From Candidatus Woesebacteria bacterium (lineage in GTDB: Bacteria; Patescibacteriota; Microgenomatia; UBA1400; UBA12028): 64,000 nt of DNA. Shown in pieces: positions 58,543-64,000 of this stretch (position 1 is the stretch's first letter; the number at the start of each line of letters is the position of its first letter). Where the stretch lies: assembly GCA_040006915.1 (NCBI GenBank), contig JBDTWD010000004.1, positions 65,033 to 129,032 on the forward strand, read 5' to 3'. The notes under the pieces were generated by a model. That model saw only the letters and a program-made list of their open reading frames with translations. It did no database searches and was not told where the DNA came from. The translations under genes were made by a program, and so were the position numbers.

Positions 58543-59808
58543 ATGTCCAAGTCACGCATACAAAAACCATCACCAAATTCTCCAGCTCATTTGATTACTA
58601 TCCTCTTTGTATTGATGGTAGCTGCCCTTCTTCTTTTAACACAGAGATTCATCTCCGCAAAAAAAAATGAAGTGATGCCTTCTCCCAGCGTTCAGGGAAT
58701 CGTGAATACTCCATATATAAGTGCGAATGGCACGAAACTGTATGTAAATGGAGAGCAGTATCAATTCACTGGTGTCAATGCATTTCATTTGGGATCATTG
58801 AGTGGTACTAATGCGGGATGTGGTGGAGAAGAAAAAGATTTAACGAAATTTTTCTCCACCCTTCGACTAAATTCAGTTGTCCGCACCTGGGCATTTCAGG
58901 GTGGAATAGCGACCAATGTACAAACCAAACAAACAGATTGGAGTGGACTTGACCGAGTGGTTCAAGCTGCTTCTCAAAGTGGGATCAAACTTATTCTCAC
59001 ATTAGGAGAGCAGGCGGGGACTTGTGATGATGGGCGTTGGAAAGATCGATCCTGGTATGAAAGCGGTTTTGCACAAATACAAAGTGATCTCAAAAATGGA
59101 TTGACTCCCCTTTCCTATCTTGATTATGTTCGACAAGTTGTTAGTCGATATAAAGACTCAACTGCGATTGCCATGTGGGAGCCGATCAATGAACCGATTG
59201 CTGCTGACTGTACGGGAGCGAAGGGAACGTCGTGTTTTGCCAAACAAACCTGTACTGATGAGGCAGCTGCTACCAAAGCTTTGCGTCACTTTTTTGACAC
59301 CGTAGGCGGAGCGATTAAAACTATTGATAAAAATCATTTAGTCAGCTCTGGGGTCATTGGTGACGGTCAATGTGGAGCAATTTATGAAGATTATGCATAC
59401 ATTCATCAAAGCCCAGGGATCGATGTCGCGAGTTACCACGATTATGGAAGAGAAACACAAGCTATGCCAGGCGATCAATGGAATGGGTTACAAAAACGAT
59501 TGACTCAAATGAAACAAATTGGGAAACCTCTTATAGTTGGAGAAGTTGGAATGCTTGCGATGGATAACTCAAAACAATGCATGAGCTATATAGAACGGAG
59601 AGATCTGTTAAAAGCCAAAATGGATGCCCAGTTTGCTGCAGGCATCGCCGGATTTATCCCTTGGGACTTAACGAATAGTACTTCAAAGATTTGTAATTAC
59701 GATATCGTTGCCAACGATCCCACGCAGACACTCCTTCGTGAATATCCGGTTCTAATGGGAGTTGCGACACCAAAACCCACCAAAGCTCCCCTTCCAAAGC
59801 CTCTCTAA
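58543..59808 (+). CDS. Glycoside hydrolase family 5 (cellulase/mannanase-type), N-terminally membrane-anchored
   Basis: TM anchor, then the GH5 NEP acid/base motif in AMWEPINEP and the nucleophile motif VGEVG, with a Pro-rich C-terminus. Confidence 0.65.
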   Translation: MSKSRIQKPSPNSPAHLITILFVLMVAALLLLTQRFISAKKNEVMPSPSVQGIVNTPYISANGTKLYVNGEQYQFTGVNAFHLGSLSGTNAGCGGEEKDLTKFFSTLRLNSVVRTWAFQGGIATNVQTKQTDWSGLDRVVQAASQSGIKLILTLGEQAGTCDDGRWKDRSWYESGFAQIQSDLKNGLTPLSYLDYVRQVVSRYKDSTAIAMWEPINEPIAADCTGAKGTSCFAKQTCTDEAAATKALRHFFDTVGGAIKTIDKNHLVSSGVIGDGQCGAIYEDYAYIHQSPGIDVASYHDYGRETQAMPGDQWNGLQKRLTQMKQIGKPLIVGEVGMLAMDNSKQCMSYIERRDLLKAKMDAQFAAGIAGFIPWDLTNSTSKICNYDIVANDPTQTLLREYPVLMGVATPKPTKAPLPKPL

Positions 59809-59856
59809 AAGAATTTCCTTACTTCCTACATCTGTAGAATGTGATAGAGTATCGAT

Positions 59857-60801
59857 ATGAGACGTACCATACTGTTTACCTTTCTCCTCGCTACTCCTTT
59901 ATTTTTGGCTGGTTGTAGTCGGTTTCAATCAAAACCTGCTGGTGTAAAAGTGACTTCTAACATCCCAGCAAAAATCAACTTCGATGGAAAAGATGTTGCC
60001 GATACAACGTATCAAGTAGACAAACTGCAACCAAAAAAATACTCAGTTAAACTCACCCCAGCTGACAGCACAGTTTCTGCGTATGAAACAAGTCTTACAC
60101 TGTTTGGTGGGTATGTATCCCAGATTGACTGGTCTTTCGGTAAAACGACTGATGAAAGCAGTGGATTTGTTTTTGAATATGAAGATGCTCGTAACAAAAG
60201 TAAGGCAGAACTCCAACTGACGGCAGTTCCAGATAATGTACCCGTATCTGTTGACGGAAAAAACGCAGGATTTACTCCGCTACTCCTCGACTCATTAGAA
60301 GAAGGCAATCACGATATTAAATTTCAAGCTCCTGGATATACAGATGCCAGTCGTACAATCAAACTTGTCAAAGGCACTCGAACCTTAATGACAACAAAAC
60401 TTGCTAAAACGGCAGTAGCTCCGACACCAGCTCCAGAAGCAACTGCTTCTGCAGATCTAAGCGCTACAGCTTCAGCTACAAAGAGTGCAACTCCAAAACC
60501 GAGTGTCAAACCGACAGCTACCCCAAAAGCGGCATCAACTAGTGCTACGCCAGCAGCAAGCAGTAGTGGTGTGGTTAAAAAATCGACAACTCAAAAACCC
60601 TATGTGGAAATCTTAACGACAGAAACTGGATTCCTACGTGTCAGATCAACAGCTTCTGTTGATGGCACTGAACTTGCAAAGCTGGCGGTCGGTTCGACTG
60701 TCCCCTACGCGAGTGCTTCATCATCAGGTTGGCTCAAAGTCAGCTACGAAGGTGCGAGTACAGGTTGGGTCAGTGGACAGTATGCGAAACTGTTTCAATA
60801 G
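59857..60801 (+). CDS. Lipoprotein with PEGA domains and a C-terminal SH3b domain
   Basis: Lipobox LFLAGCS. PEGA-like PVSVDGKNAGFTPLLLDSLEEGNHDIKFQAPGYTD. PT/A-rich linker. SH3b-like FLRVRSTASVDGTELAKLAVGSTVPY...WLKVSYEG...WVSGQY. Confidence 0.6.
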   Translation: MRRTILFTFLLATPLFLAGCSRFQSKPAGVKVTSNIPAKINFDGKDVADTTYQVDKLQPKKYSVKLTPADSTVSAYETSLTLFGGYVSQIDWSFGKTTDESSGFVFEYEDARNKSKAELQLTAVPDNVPVSVDGKNAGFTPLLLDSLEEGNHDIKFQAPGYTDASRTIKLVKGTRTLMTTKLAKTAVAPTPAPEATASADLSATASATKSATPKPSVKPTATPKAASTSATPAASSSGVVKKSTTQKPYVEILTTETGFLRVRSTASVDGTELAKLAVGSTVPYASASSSGWLKVSYEGASTGWVSGQYAKLFQ

Positions 60802-60931
60802 GATTGATACAGAAAGTGCTATTTGACACTGATAGCAAGAACATGCTACGGTAACTTTTCACTTGTCCGCAGTATAACTTTTTTTCTAGGACGTTATTAT
60901 ATTTTGAAACTGCGATAAGAGGAAAGACGCC

Positions 60932-62176
60932 ATGGTAGATGCCAATTTTCTGTCGACAGCGGTAGTAGCAGGGGTAACCGCAGTAATGATACCCTTTAAC
61001 GCAGTTTCTCACACATTTTCGGAATTTTCGCATCGATACCTGCACACCGCAGACTCAAATGTCTCCGCCCAACCGACACCTACCCCAGAAGCTATTGAAG
61101 CCCTGATGAACCCCAGCGATCCAACCCAACCAACTGTGCTGGGCATGAGCATGGCCGCTGTTCCTACCGCTACCCCATACGTGCGTAGAACACATAATAA
61201 AAATCCGAAACCTTGGCCAAGATCTACAGCAACCCCAACGCCAAGTCCAACTCCAACCCCACTTCCATCACTTGCGCCTACGCCAACTGTAACCGCTACT
61301 CCAAAGCCAACTGCGAATCCAAGCCAACCTGATTTCTCAGGAATGGCCAAACAATGGGGAGCATATACCGGATATGAACCAAGTGATGTCACAACATTTG
61401 AAGCACTTGCTGGAAAACCGATGAATATCGTTGCGACCTTTGTGCACTGGGGAAATGAAAAAGACTTTCCAGTGGACTACGCCCCAGTGGCACGCGACAA
61501 AGATAAAACGCTGCTAATCTTCTGGGAAGCGAAAGACTATAACGTTGACTCAAATGTTCAACCGAGCTTTAACTTTGACTCAGTCATCGCTGGTAAATGG
61601 GATAGTTACTTTACCCAGTTTGCTAAAGATGCCAAAGCCTATAAGGGGAATGTCATTCTTATTCCGTTCGATGAAATGAATGGTAACTGGTCACCGTGGT
61701 CTGGTACATTAAATGGGAACACCCCAGAAAAATATATCGCAGCCTATCGCCATGCTCGTGGATACTTTAAAGATGTTCCTAATGTGAAATTCGGGTGGGC
61801 AGTGAACAATGATTCAGTTCCTGATAGCGGAACGAATAAGTTTGAGAACTACTACCCTGGGGATGAATATGTTGACTACGTCGGAGTCGATGGATTCAAC
61901 TTTAATGATGGAGAATGGGAGAACTGGAGCAATGTCTTTGATGATTCCATCACCAGACTGGAAAAGTATCCAAAGCCAATCTACATTTTCTCGACTGCCT
62001 CAGCGCCAGGTACCAACAAAGCCCAATGGATCCAAGACGGATTCGGAGCTCAAATCAAAAAGCACAAGAACGTTGTAGGGTGGATCTGGTTTAACGAAAA
62101 CAAGGAAAAAGACTGGAGAATTAATTCAGATAGTGCGTCTTTGAATGCCTTTAAACAAGTCATTTCTGGACTCTAA
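60932..62176 (+). CDS. GH26-like (beta-mannanase family) secreted protein, paralog 1, with Pro/Thr-rich linker
   Basis: FVHWGNE, IPFDEMNGNWSPWSG (compare GH26 HEMNGEW acid/base) and YYPGDEYVDYVGVDGFNF (compare GH26 FYPGASYVDIVGLDAY). The expected nucleophile region reads KPIYIFSTASAPG, with no Glu. Confidence 0.55.
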   Translation: MVDANFLSTAVVAGVTAVMIPFNAVSHTFSEFSHRYLHTADSNVSAQPTPTPEAIEALMNPSDPTQPTVLGMSMAAVPTATPYVRRTHNKNPKPWPRSTATPTPSPTPTPLPSLAPTPTVTATPKPTANPSQPDFSGMAKQWGAYTGYEPSDVTTFEALAGKPMNIVATFVHWGNEKDFPVDYAPVARDKDKTLLIFWEAKDYNVDSNVQPSFNFDSVIAGKWDSYFTQFAKDAKAYKGNVILIPFDEMNGNWSPWSGTLNGNTPEKYIAAYRHARGYFKDVPNVKFGWAVNNDSVPDSGTNKFENYYPGDEYVDYVGVDGFNFNDGEWENWSNVFDDSITRLEKYPKPIYIFSTASAPGTNKAQWIQDGFGAQIKKHKNVVGWIWFNENKEKDWRINSDSASLNAFKQVISGL

Positions 62177-62218
62177 TCTTGTTCATAAAAAGAATTATAG
62201 GGTAGGAACTACCCATAC

Positions 62219-62256
62219 AAATAAGGTATACTACTAGGACGTGGTATACCTTATTT
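62219..62256 (+). promoter_or_regulatory. 13-bp perfect hairpin (AAATAAGGTATAC-tactaggacgtg-GTATACCTTATTT) immediately upstream of the paralog-2 start; contains a -10-like GGTATACT
   Basis: Arms 62219-62231 and 62244-62256 with a 12-nt loop, followed by TTTC then ATG 62261. A candidate intrinsic terminator, attenuator or operator between tandem paralogs. Confidence 0.5.
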
Positions 62257-62260
62257 TTTC

Positions 62261-63289
62261 ATGAAGCTCATTCATTCGCATCCTTATCTGCTCGCTACTT
62301 GTGTGGCTATTCTTCTCTTTACCGTCATCGGCGTTACAGTCGCATTTGCATACATCCAAACCCAAGAAAATCCCAGACTCGGTAATTTATTTCAGCAAGA
62401 ATCTATTCTCCTGGCCCAATTACCCCCAACCCCTGAACCAGTCCCGGATTTTTCCAGTATCCCGAGAATGTGGGGAGCCCACGTCGGTACTACACCTTCG
62501 GATATACCAGTCTTTGAAAAGTTAGTCGGAAAAAAACTGCCAATCGTCGCTACCTTTGTCCACTGGGGCAATGACAAAGTGTTTCCCGAGGATTATGTGC
62601 CATATTTGGATGGTAAAACGCTGCTCATCTTCTGGGAAGCAACAGACTATACCGTTACCACTCCCCTCCAGCCTGAGTACAATTTTGATGCCGTGGTATC
62701 AGGGAAATGGGACGCATACTTTACCGAATTTGCCGCCCAGGCTGCAGCCTATGGAAATCCGGTGATTTTGGTTCCGTTTGATGAGATGAATAGCGACTGG
62801 ACTCCCTGGTCAGGAACGATTAATGGAAATAATCCTCAAAAATATGTGGCTGCCTATCGATATATGCATGACTTTTTTAAAAACGCACCAAACGTAAAAT
62901 TTGGCTGGGCGGTGAATAATGATTCTGTTCCCAATACTCCAGAAAATCGATTCGAAAACTACTATCCTGGAAATGGATATGTCGATTACATTGGAGTGGA
63001 CGGGTTTAACTTTAACGAAGGAGAATGGGAAACTTGGAATAATGTGTTTGACGAGTCTTTAAGTCGTCTGGAAAAATATCCCAAACCCATCTTTATTTTT
63101 TCGACTGCCTCAGCAGAGGGTGTACAAAAAGCTGAATGGATCCATACTGGTTTAGGGAGTGAAATTAAAAAGCACCCAAACGTCGTTGGCTGGATCTGGT
63201 TTAATGAAAAGAAGGAAAAAGATTGGAGGGTAAATTCAGATCCTAAATCTCTCCAATCGTTCAAGCAAGTCATACAGGAGCTACCATGA
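62261..63289 (+). CDS. GH26-like secreted protein, paralog 2
   Basis: About 65-70% amino-acid identity to paralog 1 over the catalytic domain: FVHWGND, VPFDEMNSDWTPWSG, YYPGNGYVDYIGVDGFNF, KPIFIFSTASAEG. Confidence 0.55.
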   Translation: MKLIHSHPYLLATCVAILLFTVIGVTVAFAYIQTQENPRLGNLFQQESILLAQLPPTPEPVPDFSSIPRMWGAHVGTTPSDIPVFEKLVGKKLPIVATFVHWGNDKVFPEDYVPYLDGKTLLIFWEATDYTVTTPLQPEYNFDAVVSGKWDAYFTEFAAQAAAYGNPVILVPFDEMNSDWTPWSGTINGNNPQKYVAAYRYMHDFFKNAPNVKFGWAVNNDSVPNTPENRFENYYPGNGYVDYIGVDGFNFNEGEWETWNNVFDESLSRLEKYPKPIFIFSTASAEGVQKAEWIHTGLGSEIKKHPNVVGWIWFNEKKEKDWRVNSDPKSLQSFKQVIQELP

Positions 63290-64000
63290 AAAAAAAGTTG
63301 AACGTCACTCTACAAAAGCGAAAAATGTTTGAAAAATTCATTCTCATTCTAATTGCCGTGATTGGTATTAGCTCGTTTGTATATTTGCGGTACAAAGAGA
63401 GACCACTGATGTCTCTCCAACCAGCCTCTTCACCCCAAGCAGCCAGACCGACCCCGACAAAACCACTCGAACCATTTCGCTTTGGCGCATACGTCGGTGC
63501 CAATGTATCTGACATGACGGCGTTTGAAAAGACTATCGGTAAACCCCTCCAAATACTGGCTGTTTTTGTCCATTGGGGCAACGAAAAGGATTTTCCCCTC
63601 CAGTATGCTGCTTCTGTACGAGACAGAAAAAAAACTCTGCTTATTTATTGGGAAGCCAAAGACTATACAATCGATTCTGTCACCCAACCTACATTTAATT
63701 TTGATAGCGTTATCCGCGGTGATTGGGATTCGTATTTCAAAAAGTTTGCCGAAGACGCCAAAAGTTATAACGGACCGGTTATTTTAGTTCCGTTTGACGA
63801 AATGAATGGGGATTGGTCACCTTGGTCAGGAACAGTGAATGGAAATAGTCCTGCAAAATATGTGAAAGCCTACCAACACCTGCACGCATTTTTTAAAACT
63901 GCTCCAAACGTAAAATTTGGCTGGGCAGTAAATAATGACTCGGTTCCAGATACGGCAGATAATCAGTTTGAAAAATACTACCCTGGAGATGCATATGTCG
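63286..64000 (+). CDS. GH26-like secreted protein, paralog 3 (partial; runs off the 3' edge)
   Basis: ATG 63286 overlaps the paralog-2 stop (ATGA). The translation MKKKLNVTLQ...FVHWGNEKDFPLQYAAS...VPFDEMNGDWSPWSG...YYPGDAYV shares the family motifs. It is absent from the ORF track because it is truncated. Confidence 0.5.
   Translation, partial: MKKKLNVTLQKRKMFEKFILILIAVIGISSFVYLRYKERPLMSLQPASSPQAARPTPTKPLEPFRFGAYVGANVSDMTAFEKTIGKPLQILAVFVHWGNEKDFPLQYAASVRDRKKTLLIYWEAKDYTIDSVTQPTFNFDSVIRGDWDSYFKKFAEDAKSYNGPVILVPFDEMNGDWSPWSGTVNGNSPAKYVKAYQHLHAFFKTAPNVKFGWAVNNDSVPDTADNQFEKYYPGDAYV

Larger units (their letters stand above)
61300..64000 (+). repeat. Tandem array of three roughly 0.9-1.0 kb diverged direct repeats (GH26-like gene triplication)
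   Basis: DNA blocks are visibly similar across copies, for example gtgaaattcgggtgggcagtgaacaatgattcagttcc (61784), gtaaaatttggctgggcggtgaataatgattctgttcc (62896) and gtaaaatttggctgggcagtaaataatgactcggttcc (63910). Confidence 0.7.

Noticed and set aside
1-64000. Searched for transposases, integrases, reverse transcriptases (DGR/retron), Cas proteins and repeat-spacer arrays
   Set aside because: No ORF showed the corresponding catalytic motifs (DDE, tyrosine recombinase R-H-R-Y, RT YxDD, HD/RuvC) and no regularly spaced short repeats were seen. The window appears to be core chromosome rather than a mobile or defence island.

Overview
The window is about 42% GC, gene-dense and mostly coding, with short intergenic gaps, frequent 4-nt ATGA start/stop overlaps and many SD-less or leaderless starts. 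UGA is used as a stop codon and an intact RF2 gene is present. The gene content (many PMT/ArnT-like GT-C membrane glycosyltransferases, GT2 polyprenyl-phosphate sugar synthases, compact housekeeping proteins) suggests a Patescibacteria/CPR-like (e.g. Microgenomates-type) genome; this is an inference.

The dominant theme is a very large envelope-glycan / protein-glycosylation locus:
- Positions 1-14616 and 31935-42068: nucleotide-sugar enzymes (Gmd, Rmd-like, UDP-Glc/GDP-Man dehydrogenase, a short RmlA) and three DPM1-like GT2 polyprenyl-P-sugar synthases, one fused to GtrA.
- At least six GT-C polytopic transferases, two Wzx-like flippases, a WecA/MraY-family initiating transferase, a UbiA-family decaprenyl-phosphate phosphoribosyltransferase-like gene, and a trans-polyprenyl diphosphate synthase.
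- Positions 50118-58506: a processive QxxRW GT2 synthase, a dual-GT2 fusion, and pyruvyl- and acetyl-transferases.

A second module (16289-22456) is a minus-strand putative cell-division operon: prfB, a hypothetical, ftsE, ftsX, a secreted coiled-coil protein with a C39-like papain-fold peptidase domain (analogous to PcsB), a tandem lamin-tail-domain surface protein, and a VanZ-like protein.

Housekeeping genes (trmD, secG, tatD, pgk, gap, HU, an RRM RNA-binding protein, two cyclophilins, GDPD, NUDIX) sit between these modules. A tRNA-Cys(GCA) at 49269-49339 is missing from the ORF track. There is one Phd/YefM + ParE/RelE toxin-antitoxin pair with a recognisable sigma70 promoter and palindromic operator.

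The 3' end carries a secreted-glycan module: a GH5, a PEGA/SH3b lipoprotein, and three tandem GH26-like paralogs (the third truncated by the window edge) whose canonical nucleophile Glu appears substituted.

Several hairpins and inverted repeats, and a recurring promoter-like motif GGTATACTA(C)TAGGACG, are noted. No CRISPR array, transposase, integrase or reverse transcriptase was recognised.
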